Source: Octopus bimaculoides (taxonomy: Eukaryota). Taken from it: DNA of 64,000 nucleotides. The notes under the pieces are model-generated. The model was not told where the DNA came from, did no database searches, and worked only from the letters and a program-made list of their open reading frames with translations. Shown here piece by piece: positions 48,194 to 60,732 of the stretch; the stretch's first letter is position 1, and each line of letters starts with the position of its first letter. The position numbers were made by a program, and so were the translations under genes. The stretch is taken from NCBI RefSeq assembly GCF_001194135.2, contig NC_069008.1, positions 14,654,686 through 14,718,685 on the forward strand, in the 5' to 3' direction.

Positions 48194-49615
48194 TCATGTT
48201 CCACTGTTTAAAGTCTTTCTGTTTGCATGTATTTGTTTGTGTCTTTTTAAGTTTCTGTTCGTCCCAAAAGATTTCCCACAGATATCACAATGATGAGGTC
48301 TTTCTCCAGTATGACTGCGTACATGACCGACAAGATTAGAATTATCAGAGAATGATTTCCCACATACTTCACAACTAAAGGGTTTTTCTCCAGTGTGGAT
48401 TCTTTTGTGTTTCTTTAAATCACCGTTAGAAACAAAACATTTCCCACATATTTCACAATGAAAGGGTTTTTCTCCATTATGTATCTTTTTGTGTCTGTTT
48501 AAAGTACTATTAGAGACAAAAGACTTCTCACAAATTTCACAGCTAAATAGCTTTTCTCCAGTATGCATCATCATGTGTTTTTTTAAGTGACCGTTAGTAA
48601 TAAACGATTTTCCACACTTTTCACAATAACAGAGATTTTCTCCAGTGTGTATTCGTCTGTGAGATGTAAAATCACTTTTAGCAACAAAATTTTTCCCACA
48701 TATTTCGCACTGCCAGGGTTTCTCACCAGTATGCACTGATTTGTGAGTATCTAAGCAGCTATATTTCACAAAAGCTTTCCCACATATTTCACAGTGCCAG
48801 GGTTTCTCTCCAGTATGTGTCATTTTGTGAACGATAAGATTCGATTTCTGGATGAAATTTTTCCCACATATTTCACAGTGGTGAGGTTTTTCTCCTGTGT
48901 GTATTCTCTCGTGTGTTGATAAATTACTCTTCTTCACAAAACATTTCCCACATATGTCACAATGAAACGGCTTCTCTCCCGTGTGACTACGTTTATGTAC
49001 AGTCAACTTACATTTCTGATTGAAACATTCTCCGCAAATTTCACAGTGATAGGACTTATCTCCACTGTGTAGTCGTTTATGAACTACAAGACCAGAATTA
49101 CCAGAGTAAGATTTTCCGCACATTTCACACTGAAACGGTTTTTCTCCAGTGTGACTACGTTTGTGGAAAACAAGATTAGAATTATTTATAAACGACTTTC
49201 CGCATATTTCACAGGGGAAGGGTTTATCTCCAGTATGTATTCTTTTGTGTGTGGTTGAATTACTCTTGTTGACAAAACATTTCCCGCATATGTCACAACG
49301 AAACGGCTTCTCTCCAGTGTGACCACGTTTATGCACGGTCAGCTTCCATTTCTGATTGAAACATTTTCCACATATTTCACAGTGATAAGTCTTATCTCCA
49401 GGGTGTATTTCTTTATGCTTCAAGACATCATATTCCGAAGAGAATGACTTCCTACAAACATCACATCTATATTCAGTAATATTTCCCTGTAACGATCTTT
49501 CATTAGAAAATGTTTCATTAAGAACAGGTTTCTCACCTTCGTCTGTTTCTCTAAATGTTTCTATATCACTAAAAACATTTGTGTTTGAAGTATCCAAATG
49601 ATTGCTATTCTCCAT
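48194..49615 (-). CDS. C2H2 zinc-finger protein E, 15 fingers (first atypical)
   Basis: Intact 473-aa ORF with MENSNHLDTSNTNVF leader; convergent with D. Confidence 0.95.
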   Translation of the reverse strand: MENSNHLDTSNTNVFSDIETFRETDEGEKPVLNETFSNERSLQGNITEYRCDVCRKSFSSEYDVLKHKEIHPGDKTYHCEICGKCFNQKWKLTVHKRGHTGEKPFRCDICGKCFVNKSNSTTHKRIHTGDKPFPCEICGKSFINNSNLVFHKRSHTGEKPFQCEMCGKSYSGNSGLVVHKRLHSGDKSYHCEICGECFNQKCKLTVHKRSHTGEKPFHCDICGKCFVKKSNLSTHERIHTGEKPHHCEICGKNFIQKSNLIVHKMTHTGEKPWHCEICGKAFVKYSCLDTHKSVHTGEKPWQCEICGKNFVAKSDFTSHRRIHTGENLCYCEKCGKSFITNGHLKKHMMMHTGEKLFSCEICEKSFVSNSTLNRHKKIHNGEKPFHCEICGKCFVSNGDLKKHKRIHTGEKPFSCEVCGKSFSDNSNLVGHVRSHTGERPHHCDICGKSFGTNRNLKRHKQIHANRKTLNSGT

Positions 49616-50085
49616 ATTAATTCTTGGGGAATTCTTTAAAAATTGACAAATGTCCGAGAGTTAATCTATTATGGTTCAGTTTCTTGTCTTTGATATCACA
49701 GACCTCCGTTTACATGTGTGGAACAGATGTAATGTAGATATATTTTCTACTCACCAGTAGAATGTTTGATATAAAGTCCAAATGAAAAGTGAAGAAAGGT
49801 GAGGAAAGTCCATTGATTAAAAGCCATTTCCCCCTGCCTTGTAAAATAGGGGACAGCCAATTAACGATGTAAGCTGCGAGGAAATGCAATATTTAATCCT
49901 GAAGGTGATCGAACACCAACTGTGAAACATGTAGGTCGCCCTATCTTATTAACAAACATTAACGTTCCCCTTAACAAGAGATAATAACAACGTATGATAT
50001 AATTAAACAGAGCCATTAGTCAGCGCCGTTGATAATTATTCCCCTTGTTTTTGAATGACACCGGTGTCGTACATCAAACGTTAAG
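49616..50085 (-). promoter_or_regulatory. Conserved 5' cassette of gene E
   Basis: Reverse complement matches the Z1 and D cassettes; donor intron starts at 49754; GACACCGGTGTC palindrome at 50057-50068. Confidence 0.7.
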
Positions 50086-51803
50086 AAATTTAATCCGGCA
50101 AAATCTTGACGAAGGAGATGTTTCGTTAATCACCAAGTAACTGCGGCTGGCAGGACATTCTGCAAAGAAAGCCAAACGAAAAATTACATCGAATCTTTTC
50201 AGTGGTGCGATCCGCCTGATGTTGAGCCATGTCTCATGCGGCCCGTTTTTCGAAAAGTTTGCCCATGCCTACTTTATGTGGTCGCTGGATCTGCTGAAAG
50301 AACAACTACACTCCCTTCAACTAACACCCTATTGTCTTAAAAAATAAGAAGAATGTAGTCCAAGATATACAAAATAAGAAATGGTCCCGGCTGGAACTTA
50401 TTTGATTACATACATATATACATATAGGGAGTTGGGGGAAAATGAGGTGTTTTTACTGCATTTTTGATGTTGAGACAAAATATATTTTTTTTACAAATGT
50501 TCACTACTTTAGAAAAACTATATCAGCGAAGCAAATGGCCTTCCCTAAATGCATTAAAAGCATTATAACACATAATCTAATCATTATGATCAGAAAATTA
50601 TCTTCTGTTCTCTTTGAGTATATAAAAGACAGATTTCACTGGGGCAAAATGAGTAAGACAATATAATGTAAATTTGCAGCTTCAATTCTCCAGAAAACAG
50701 ACTCATATACATCAATATCAATCCTTAGACATCAGAACTGTAAAAAAAAAAATTTACTATCTAGGTCAAATGAAAGAAAATCAGGGGAAAATGGCACATG
50801 ATATGAAATTAACAAAACTTAGCTAAATGAAATTTTTAAAATCTCAAAATATTCTCTATAGTTTCTTCACGATTTGCTGGAGTGTCCTCTCCGTAATAAA
50901 TTTACCTACTTTGCAGTTAAAGAGAAGAAATTATCAAAATTAGACATTACTCATTTTACCCCCACTTTACACATTTTTTGAAATGTGAAACTGATCAAAG
51001 GAGACATTAGTTTAGGGAAAAAACAGACTTGGAATCTAACAGAGAAAAGAATATTGATTGTTAAACACCAAGACTATCCAGATATTTTATTAGCAACCAG
51101 ATTTAAATTTGGGTCAAAAGTTGAGGAAAAATTTCTTGAAAAAAGAGGACTTGCCACTAGTTCTGTTTCAGACTCTCTCAACTTTAACAACAACACCTAT
51201 GTACTGACCATTTTTTACTCCTGAAGATGATGCAACAGTACAAAATAATGACAGAGTACTTGCAATATAATATATGAAACTGGCACTCCGTCTGCTACAA
51301 TGACGAAGGTTCCAGTTGATGTGATCAACAGAACAGCCTGCTCATGAAATTAGCATGCAAGTTGTTGAGCACTCCACAGACATGCATACCCTTGACGACT
51401 ACGGAGATTCAGAGTGACTCAGAATGTGACAAGGCTGAAATTCAGATACTACTCGTTTTTGCCTCTTGAGTAAACTGGAGCAACGTGAAATAAAGTGTCT
51501 GGACACAACGCATTGCTGGGAATCAAACACACAACCTTATGATAGTGAGCCAAATACTTCTTACTAAGCCTTCACTAATGTAATATATACTTCTAAAAAG
51601 GAAGTTTGTGTATTGACCACTAGAAACATTAAAAAAATTAGCAATAACTAAGGATTTTCATGTGTTTTCAACTAACCCAACCTCCAACATGCTTGCCATG
51701 AACTTTTTTTCCAAAAATGGATTCATGGGATGAGGGACATAAATTACCTTTATGATTTTAAGTTCAGCAGTGAGGAAGTTGTAAAGATAATTTATGGACA
51801 CCC

Positions 51804-51868
<65 letters not shown>

Positions 51869-51912
51869 ATGTATATGTATGTATGTTTATGTATGTATAT
51901 ATATATATATAT

Positions 51913-52300
51913 ATGGGCCATGACTGCTGAGGACATGCGTAAGCTCGAAAGGAATGAAGCCAGTATGCTCCGATGGATGTGTAATGTCAGTGTGCATACT
52001 CGACAGAGTGTAAGTACCTTGAGAGAAAAGTTGAACCTAAGAAGCATCAGTTGTGGTGTGCAAGAGAAATGATTGCGCTGGTATGGTCACATGGCGAGAA
52101 TGGATGAGGATAGCCGTGTGAAAAAGTGCCACACCCTATCAGTTGAGGGAACCTGAAGACCTGGGATGAGGTGGTGAAGCACGACCTCCGAACATTAAGC
52201 CTCACCGAGACCTTTGGAAATATGCTTTGCGTGAGAAGACCCGGCAAGCCAAGTGAGACCAAAATCCAAGGCCTCTGCCAGGGATGTAGCCAGCCCACTT
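51913..52300 (+). mobile_element. RTE-clade LINE C-terminal fragment
   Basis: WAMTAEDMRKLERNEASMLRWMC...LRWYGH...KTWDEVVKHDL. Confidence 0.8.
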
Positions 52301-52416
52301 CTAACCTGTGAAGAAAAATGTGTCTATGTTTTAAAGAACACAAATTAATCTGCCCAACACTATCTCTAGCTCTCTGCTAGTTATCTAAATCAAAACCTTC
52401 AATCAAGATCCTATAT

Positions 52417-52765
52417 TATTAGGTTGTCAAGAAAGTTCTTGCGGAATTTTTAATTTCAGTTTTAAATGATGTATTTTCAAATTAATTTTCATTAAATTAC
52501 TTCGACTTTATATATAATTTTAAAGCCTGTTTTTCGCTCTATCTAATCGTGTTACTCTTTTCCTTTTTGAATAATTAGGCCATTTTTTCCGGAACATTGA
52601 ATACAACATGGACAAAAATCAAATTCACACAATTTTCTTATTCCCGTTCAAGCTAGGCCGATTCTGATGGTGTTTATTTTGATTAATAAAGTTTTGTTTG
52701 AGCCAAGATATGTGCCTCTGAATTTAAAGGTTAAAAACCACAAGAACTTTCTTGACAACCTAATA
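52417..52765 (+). mobile_element. Internally deleted mariner (MITE)
   Basis: Perfect 23-bp TIRs TTAGGTTGTCAAGAAAGTTCTTG with TA at both ends; internal MDKNQI..IFLF.FKLG start. Confidence 0.9.
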
Positions 52766-53239
52766 GTTTTTGTTCCAAACATCAGCTTAATAATGACAAA
52801 GTTATTTTACTAAATTCTTTATCATTTTCAAAATTCATTGAAACATTTTTCCTCACAGGTTATCTGCCAATGATATGGTTTTGAAAACAATATCCAAGTT
52901 TTTTGTCCTTAGTGACTTGTATTGTTGACAGGAGCAGTTCTACAGCAAACCTGGACATAGCTGAGATTATGTTTTGAAATGGATGCAGGGGGGGGGGGGC
53001 GACACCATTTTGTGGAATGTTGAATAATGTCAAATAAATGAAGTTGTTGTTGAGATGAAGTGCATTGAATGGTTTGGTGGGACATAACTGAATGTAGAGT
53101 CACAGACATCTCCACCACTTTGATTCTAAAGTAAAATATTTGCTAGAAAAGAAAAGGCAAAGATTAGGAATGGTAAAAACGAAATTATATTTTATTTCAA
53201 CATAAATATGGTAACAAAAAGGGTTAACTTCTTGGGTTT

Positions 53240-53390
53240 CTTTGTGATTTACAGAGCTACAATTCAGAGAATCATTTCCAGCATATCTCAAAATGACAAT
53301 TTCTATCTCCAGTCTGTATTCACATGTTAACTTCAAGTGTAGACTTTCTATACACAGAACAATTCACCACATATTTCACATTGAAAATAC
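53240..53390 (-). pseudogene. Decayed two-finger ZNF remnant downstream of gene F
   Basis: Minus strand reads FQCEICGELF, then after a frameshift TGDRNCHFEICWK*FS. Confidence 0.55.
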
Positions 53391-53881
53391 TGTTAACTTT
53401 TTTCGACCAGTGTTTATCTACTCTTGTGTTTTTCTCTGTCACAACATATGAATGAGAAAGGAAGGGGTGATAGATGAATAAGGAAGGAAGGGGTGATGGC
53501 AAACTGGTAGTGGGAAGATGGAAATTCTACTGTGAGAGAAAAAAAAACCAAATCAAACATTTTAACTATTTTTAATTTCCTATGTAAAAGGGAGGTATGT
53601 GAATGTTTGTGTGTGTGTGTGTGTGTGCAATGGAAGTGGAATGGTGAACATTCAATGCTGAAATAAAAAATCAGAGTTTCAACTCTGAGTATATGTATGT
53701 GTGTATAAGTACAAGTGAAGTATGTCATAATAGCAAGTCCAGCAAGCAACAAACATGTGGATTTAATGAAATAGTCTCTCTTAAATAAAGACGAGAACAC
53801 AAGGAGAATGACTTCCAAAATACTTAATGAAGATAAAATGTTTGTCCCCTGGCTCTCTATAAATGGACTGTAAATTTAAAA

Positions 53882-55495
53882 TTAGTCCAAATGGTTCATT
53901 CCAGGATGTGTTTTCTTGTGTGTTTTCAAGACACTGTTAGTTCTAAAAGATTTTCCACATATATCACAACTGAAAAGTCTTTCTCCACTGTGAATACGTT
54001 TGTGAACAACAAGACTGAAATTACGGGTAAAACATTTTCCACAGGTTTCACAGCGGAAAGGTCTCTCTCCCGTGTGTGTTCGTTTGTGCTTTATTAAATT
54101 GCTATTATCAATAAAACTTTTCCCACATGTTTCGCAGTGAAAAGAATTTTCTCCTGTGTGACAACGTATGTGTTTTGTCAAATAGCTATTATCAGCATAA
54201 GATTTCCCACAAATTTCACAGTGGAAAGGTTTCTCTCCAGTGTGAATACGTTTGTGGATAACAAGACTTGTACTGACAGTGAAGGATTTCCCACATATAT
54301 TACAAGAATATGGTTTTTCTCCAGCATGTCTACGCATGTGGACTAAAAGAGAAGAATTGTCAGAGAAGAATTTACCACACACTTCACAATGATAAGGTTT
54401 TTCTCCAGTGTGTGTTCTCTTGTGCCTGTTTAAATTATATTGATGTAGAAAAGATTTACTACATATATCACAATGATATGGTTTTTCTCCAGTATGTGTT
54501 TTGTTATGCAAGTTTAAATGACTTTTAGAAATAAAAGATTTCCCACATATTTCACAATGAAAGGGTTTTTCCCCCGTGTGTGTTTTGTTGTGCCTGTCTA
54601 AACAATTTTTAGTAAAAAACGATTTCCCACAAATCTCACAGTGAAAGGGTTGTTTTCCACTGTGACTACGTTTGTGGGATACAAGATGAAAGTTTTTACT
54701 GAAATGCTTCCCACATATCTCACAGTGGAAGGGTTCCTCCCCAGTGTGCATTCGTTTATGATTTACAAGACATGAATTATTAATAAAGGTTTTTCCACAA
54801 ATTTCACAAGAAAAGAGTTTTTCTCCAGTGTGTGTCCGTTTGTGTCTTGTCAAATAACTATTACAAACAAAAGATTTCCCACAAATTTCACAATGGAAAG
54901 GTTTCTCCCCAGTGTGGATACGTTTGTGAATAACAAGACTCCCACTAACAGAAAATGATTTCCCACATATATTACAAGAATATGGTTTTTCTCCAGTGTG
55001 ACTACGCTTGTGGACAACAAGATGAGAATTGTCAGAGAAGAATTTACCACACACTTCACAATGATATGGTTTTTCTCCAGAATGAGTTCTCTTGTGTCTG
55101 TTCAAATCATATTTAAAAAGAAAACATTTCTCACAAATTTCACAGTGGAAAGGTTTTTCTCCAGTATGTCCTTTGTTGTGTCTGTTTAAATCCTGTTTAG
55201 AAAGAAACGATTTCCCACATATCTCACAGTGATAGAATCGTCCTCCAGTGTGACTACGTATGTGGGATACAAGATGAGGCTTCTTAATGAAACATTTACC
55301 ACATATTTCACAGTGGAAGGGCCTCTTCTTCCAATGTATTTCTTTATGCTTCAAGACTTCATGTTCTGATGATAATTTTTTCTTACAAACATCACATCTA
55401 TATTCAGTAATATTTTCCTGTAATGATCTTTTTTTAGTAAATGTTTCGTTATGTACTGGTTCTTCACCTCTGCCAGTCTGTGTAACGTTCTCCAT
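53882..55495 (-). CDS. C2H2 zinc-finger protein F, 18 fingers (first atypical)
   Basis: Intact ORF; ATG at 55495 in the shared aattaatATGgagaa context (the track starts 4 codons upstream). Confidence 0.95.
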   Translation of the reverse strand: MENVTQTGRGEEPVHNETFTKKRSLQENITEYRCDVCKKKLSSEHEVLKHKEIHWKKRPFHCEICGKCFIKKPHLVSHIRSHTGGRFYHCEICGKSFLSKQDLNRHNKGHTGEKPFHCEICEKCFLFKYDLNRHKRTHSGEKPYHCEVCGKFFSDNSHLVVHKRSHTGEKPYSCNICGKSFSVSGSLVIHKRIHTGEKPFHCEICGKSFVCNSYLTRHKRTHTGEKLFSCEICGKTFINNSCLVNHKRMHTGEEPFHCEICGKHFSKNFHLVSHKRSHSGKQPFHCEICGKSFFTKNCLDRHNKTHTGEKPFHCEICGKSFISKSHLNLHNKTHTGEKPYHCDICSKSFLHQYNLNRHKRTHTGEKPYHCEVCGKFFSDNSSLLVHMRRHAGEKPYSCNICGKSFTVSTSLVIHKRIHTGEKPFHCEICGKSYADNSYLTKHIRCHTGENSFHCETCGKSFIDNSNLIKHKRTHTGERPFRCETCGKCFTRNFSLVVHKRIHSGERLFSCDICGKSFRTNSVLKTHKKTHPGMNHLD

Positions 55496-56110
55496 ATTAA
55501 TTCTCAAAAGCTGAAAATTGTCTTTAGGTATAATCTACCGTCGCTCACTTCGTCCCTTTCGATATTGCACATCTCTGTTTACATGTGTGGAATATTTCCA
55601 AGGTAGATACATTTTTCTGCTCACTGCTAGAATGTTTCTCGCTGATTAATTCACAATTTAATGATGTTCTGTCGTCCATAAAATATAGAGCGTCTATATA
55701 CGATTGGTAACAAACGTTCTTATGAGATTGGCATTACTCTACAAGTTACAATGGAGAGATCTGTAAACAAGAAGAGGTACGGCAGTGTAAAATCGATGTA
55801 GGCGAAAGAAAAATGTGTGTACTTTTAGTCTTAATAAATCGGGAATGTTTATCACGCAAAGAAGTAAAGTGGACAATGTTGTTCCAAGGTGACAATCGAA
55901 GGAACGAGTTTTTCTGACTTAAAGAGGAACAGAAAAATTAAGAATGATCAGAGTAAAAATAATATGGTTCATTAACTTGAGATAATTACAATACATGATA
56001 TAAGTAGATTAATTAGCTGAATTAATTACAAACAGATTCAACAGGCGGTGCCGTTTGCAATTTTCCCTTGTTGCAATGACACCGGTGATAGTTGTAAAGT
56101 GTCCCTAACA
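55496..56110 (-). promoter_or_regulatory. Variant 5' cassette of gene F
   Basis: Shares CACCGGTGTCATT, the tgtaattatctc motif, aaacattctagca/GTGAG and the short intron, but has a different middle segment. Confidence 0.65.
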
Positions 56111-56391
56111 TTATTTATTACATTCAAATCCTGTTTAAATCATTAAATTATTTTGTTCATTTTTGTCTTTTTTTTATTTTGAGAATTGTTTTTACTTTCC
56201 TTTTTTTTCTTTTAGAACATTGTCATTTTATAAGATTTTGCTGGCAAATTCTTAAATCAACATAGACATTTTTATTTAAATGAAAGAAAATTACCGGAGA
56301 AGAATTTTTGTTTGAGAATTTTCTTCCAATTCCTCCAAATCTTACTGCTAAAATTGTATTGAAACCATTTGTGGGGCAGAAAGAGAAAAAA

Positions 56392-57096
56392 ACCAACAAT
56401 GCAGCACCAAGCGCTTCAACTGGTCACAGACCACAAGTTCAACGGAACCTAATAAAGCAAACCAGCACGCTCGCAGCATTACCACAAGCGATGGCAAGGC
56501 TAAGGCGTTGGAAAATCCAAGCGCCCTCATGGGCATCACCTGATACTTCGGTGAAGCAAGCTGTCAACGATGACAAGAACTTCGCGGTTAGTGGCCCAGT
56601 CCCTCCGAACAGCTCAAACGCCACAGGCTGAAAGAGCAAGTTCACTGTCGGATCCCAATTCCTCAGGGTGTTGTTCCGTTCAGCTATGGAAGTAGTGACC
56701 CATCCATTTACTGCAGTGTCCAGAATGTAGGAGGGTGCAAAAGAGTCTCAGACTGTAGAGTCTTAATTGAGGCACCTACCTCAAAGCCAGGGACAGAAGG
56801 TAAGACCATCTGGTCTATTTCCATCATTTCTAGATAACACTGTCAGCTCCAGAACTGAGGTGATATTAATCCGAGTCAGGGTCCATTTAATGATTAAATT
56901 TAGCTCGGTATGATCTCGAAGAAATCAGCATTTAGGAGGCAAGACAAACCGTGAAGACCTGTGGGGTCGAGGGGTCTAGGCACAGTGGAATCTCAGTCCC
57001 CTACAGACGTTAACTCCCACTCCGAGTGCGCTGCAGATGCAGAGTTCATCTAGACTGAGTAGACCTTTAATGTTGGCCACAGGCATGGCATCAATC
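56392..57096 (-). mobile_element. CRE-like RLE retrotransposon, 3' fragment
   Basis: LHGLSC knuckle, RPDGLTFCPW..GR, FQPVAFELFG, QRLSLAIACGNAASV. Confidence 0.8.
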
Positions 57097-57424
57097 TGTA
57101 GTAACGCCTGCGCATGCGTAGAATTAAACAAGCAAGCGTTTCCCACTCAATTCATTCTCTTTCTCGCTGGCCAGCGATTGAGCATGGACGTGTGTTTAAA
57201 GCTGTCTCTACATCTTTCGGTCTTACACTCGACAGCTCGTTATTCTCACCTCTAAAGATGTATAACTAAAGATATGTATGTTTACCACCTAAATAAAAAT
57301 GTTGTTTGAGTTGTTTAGTCTGGAGTTCAGCGTTCCGTTTATATTCTAAGTTTTATAGTAGGAAGTCAGGTATACAATCTAAAGATGTATAACCCACTTT
57401 CTACTAAAGTGGTGACCCCCGACG
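57097..57424 (+). mobile_element. Gypsy-type 5' LTR plus tRNA-Trp primer-binding site
   Basis: Starts TGTAGT, contains AATAAA, ends near ctacta; TGGTGACCCC(C)GACG at 57410 is complementary to the eukaryotic tRNA-Trp 3' end. Confidence 0.65.
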
Positions 57425-58409
57425 AAGAAAAAACGCAGCATGGACTCTAGACTACCAACTTATAACTGGTGAACCTCGATTAAAGAACAAATACGGCCAT
57501 GGAGACTGAACTACGGATTACCAACATCTCCAACCATAGTCAACACGACTCAACAAGAGCGGTTTTTATTCTCGTCTCTGTTAGAGTGGATTTTTTCCAC
57601 TCACGAAAAACAGACAGGATTTACGGCCTGCTTTTTATGTTTTTATATGTCGCATTTCACACTCTCACATTACACATACATCTTTTATGCCACACAATAA
57701 CTCTTGTCATTCATTTCATACGGTTTTCGCTAGTGGCCATACAGAGATTTGTCTGTCGATCGTTCTGTAAAAGCGTACCTTTTCAAACNNNNNNNNNNNN
57801 NNNNNNNNNNNNNNNNNNNNNNNNNNNNNNNNNNNNNNNNNNNNNNNNNNNNNNNNNNNNNNNNNNNNNNNNNNNNNNNNNNNNNNNNTTTTTTATAAAA
57901 GATATATTCTGCTGCAATGATTTAGAATAGTGGGGCTCAATTTTTTTTATTTTTTATGGGCCCTTTGATTCCTATTTTACTCAAAATGGCCCTCATAGCC
58001 ATTCAGTGTTTTTAAAAAATCCTGTTATATTTTTATAATTAAATATTAGGAATTGTATTTTAAAAAATTGTTAAAATATTTTGTGTATTGCACATAAATT
58101 TCGACAAAATCTTTATAGACCTGGTTGAGAACCACTGACTTAGAAAACATCCAAGTTCTTTGGATGGTCACAATTGGATTATGTTTATTCATTGGAACTG
58201 TTATACAATAGAACAGGTTTTACTTGAAATTTTCTCTCGAGATTGCTACATGAGATATCATCTGTGTGTGGAATGTTAGGGGGAAGAAATAGAATAGAAT
58301 CAACTACACAAGGTGACTGTTCTTGATATTTTTGTGAATTCCAATGACTCTGTTACCATCAAATTCCATTATTTTCTCCACTTTAGTGAAAGCGGAGGTA
58401 TTGTTTTCA

Positions 58410-59352
58410 TTCGTGCTTGACCTCAAAGACGCACTTTGTTCTGGCTGTCCAGTTGAGTTCGATGCAGAGCGATTAAACCAACTTTGACACAAAAAGTCTT
58501 GTCAAATGACAAGGGAACTGGTAAAGAAAATGGAATGCTCCCATACTGCTGTAGAGAAGCATCTTCACTCGATGGAAAAGGTTCAGAAGTATGGAGCATG
58601 GGTTCCGCATGCTTTAAGTGACAACAACAAAAATCAACGAGCCACAATCTCCGCTGGTTTTCTTGCTCGTCACCGCTCAACTCATGGAAACAAACAACGA
58701 TTTCTTTACCGAATCGTTACTGGCGATGAACAATGGTGCCAGTACATCAATATGAAGCAGCATAAGGAATGGCTTAGCTCCAGTAAACAAGTGACACCAC
58801 GCATGAAACAAGATCTTCATCCGCATAAAACAATGTGCGTATGGTGGGACTGGGAAGGGATTATCCATTACGAATTGCTTGAACGGAACCAAACGGTCAA
58901 CACATTACTCTGTGTTCAACAGATGGAACTACTCAACATGGCTATTCAAGAGAAAAGACCTAATCATCAGCATGGAGTTCTTGCTGCACGACAACGCCTG
59001 CCCTCATATCGCCAATATGACCAAGGAAGCGATTCAAATGCCTGGCTGGGAAGTGCTGCCACACCCACCACACTCTCCTGATTTGGCACCAACGGATTCC
59101 CACCTCTTTCGATCTCTTTCAAATGCTATACGCGGAGTTTTGTTCAATACTGATGCAGAATTGAGAGCTTGGTTGGATCAATTGTTCGAGTTGAAGTCGG
59201 GTGATTTCTACCAACGAGGTATTGAAAATCTTGTTGAACGTTGGGAAGAAGTTGTAAACAACAAGGGTGAATACATTATTGATTAATTGGTTGTTATTTT
59301 TTATTAAACCTTTTAAATAAAAAACGGTGGGAACTTAGTTGTTAACCTAATA
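58410..59352 (+). mobile_element. Mariner transposase pseudogene with 3' TIR
   Basis: WVPHAL, IVTGDE, LHDNA..H, HPPHSPDLAPTD motifs across a frameshift; 3' end aacttagttgttaacctaaTA. No 5' TIR found. Confidence 0.92.
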
Positions 59353-59577
59353 CATTCTCTAAATATCATCATCATCATCATCATAATTTAGCATCTGCTT
59401 TCCTTGCTGGTATGAGTTGGATGGTTTGACTGGAACTGGTAAGCCAGAGAGCTGTTCTAGGCTCTAGTCTGATCTGGTGTGGTTTCTACAGCTGGATAAC
59501 CTTCCTAATGCCAACAGGAGCATATATTCTGAGTGTGTGCCGCACACCTACTGAAAATGGCAAATTCATTATAGATG

Positions 59578-60415
59578 TTAACCAACAATGCAGCACCAAG
59601 CGCTTCAACTGGTCACAGACCACAAGGTTTAACGGAACCTAATAAAGCAAGCCAGCACGCTCGCAGCATTACCACAAGCGATGGCAAGGCTAAGGCGTTG
59701 GNNNNNNNNNNNNNNNNNNNNNNNNNNNNNNNNNNNNNNNNNNNNNNNNNNNNNNNNNNNNNNNNNNNNNNNNNNNNNNNNNNNNNNNNNNNNNNNNNNN
59801 NNNNNNNNNNNNNNNNNNNNNNNNNNNNNNNNNNNNNNNNNNNNNNNNNNNNNNNNNNNNNNNNNNNNNNNNNNNNNNNNNNNNNNNNNNNNNNNNNNNN
59901 NNNNNNNNNNNNNNNNNNNNNNNNNNNNNNNNNNNNNNNNNNNNNNNNNNNNNNNNNNNNNNNNNNNNNNNNNNNNNNNNNNNNNNNNNNNNNNNNNNNN
60001 NNNNNNNNNNNNNNNNNNNNNNNNNNNNNNNNNNNNNNNNNNNNNNNNNNNNNNNNNNNNNNNNNNNNNNNNNNNNNNNNNNNNNNNNNNNNNNNNNNNN
60101 NNNNNNNNNNNNNNNNNNNNNNNNNNNNNNNNNNNNNNNNNNNNNNNNNNNNNNNNNNNNNNNNNNNNNNNNNNNNNNNNNNNNNNNNNNNNNNNNNNNN
60201 NNNNNNNNNNNNNNNNNNNNNNNNNNNNNNNNNNNNNNNNNNNNNNNNNNNNNNNNNNNNNNNNNNNNNNNNNNNNNNNNNNNNNNNNNNNNNNNNNNNN
60301 NNNNNNNNNNNNNNNNNNNNNNNNNNNNNNNNNNGATGCAGAGTTCATCTAGACTGAGTAGACCTTTAATGTTGGCCACAGGCAGGGCATCAATCCAATC
60401 CCCGGAGAATTTTGC
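59578..60415 (-). mobile_element. Second CRE-like copy spanning a gap
   Basis: Both ends match 56395-56510 and 57036-57096; GDWIDALP continues beyond the point where copy 1 is interrupted. Confidence 0.7.
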
Positions 60416-60699
60416 ACTTGCTGAAAAAAAGTGACACCTCGAAAATTGATCAGATTGAGCAATGAGAAAGTTGAAAGTGGCAGGATACACACACACACAC
60501 AGATATATATATATATACACATTTTCATTCTCTCTCTGCTTATTTTTTTTTATTCCTTTCTGTTGAAGAATATAGGCTCGAAACGTAAATGACTTTCATT
60601 TTCCCGAACGTCAAACTAATACACTTGCTTGTTGTTCATACACTTGTCTTCGTCTTTTGTTTTTCTATAAATTTCAACTCTCTCTCTCCCTCTCTCTGT

Positions 60700-60732
<33 letters not shown>

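Noticed and set aside
50436-50975. Repeated gggg(c/g)aaaatgag motifs in inverted orientation
   Set aside because: Suggests a DNA-transposon end, but the termini could not be defined.
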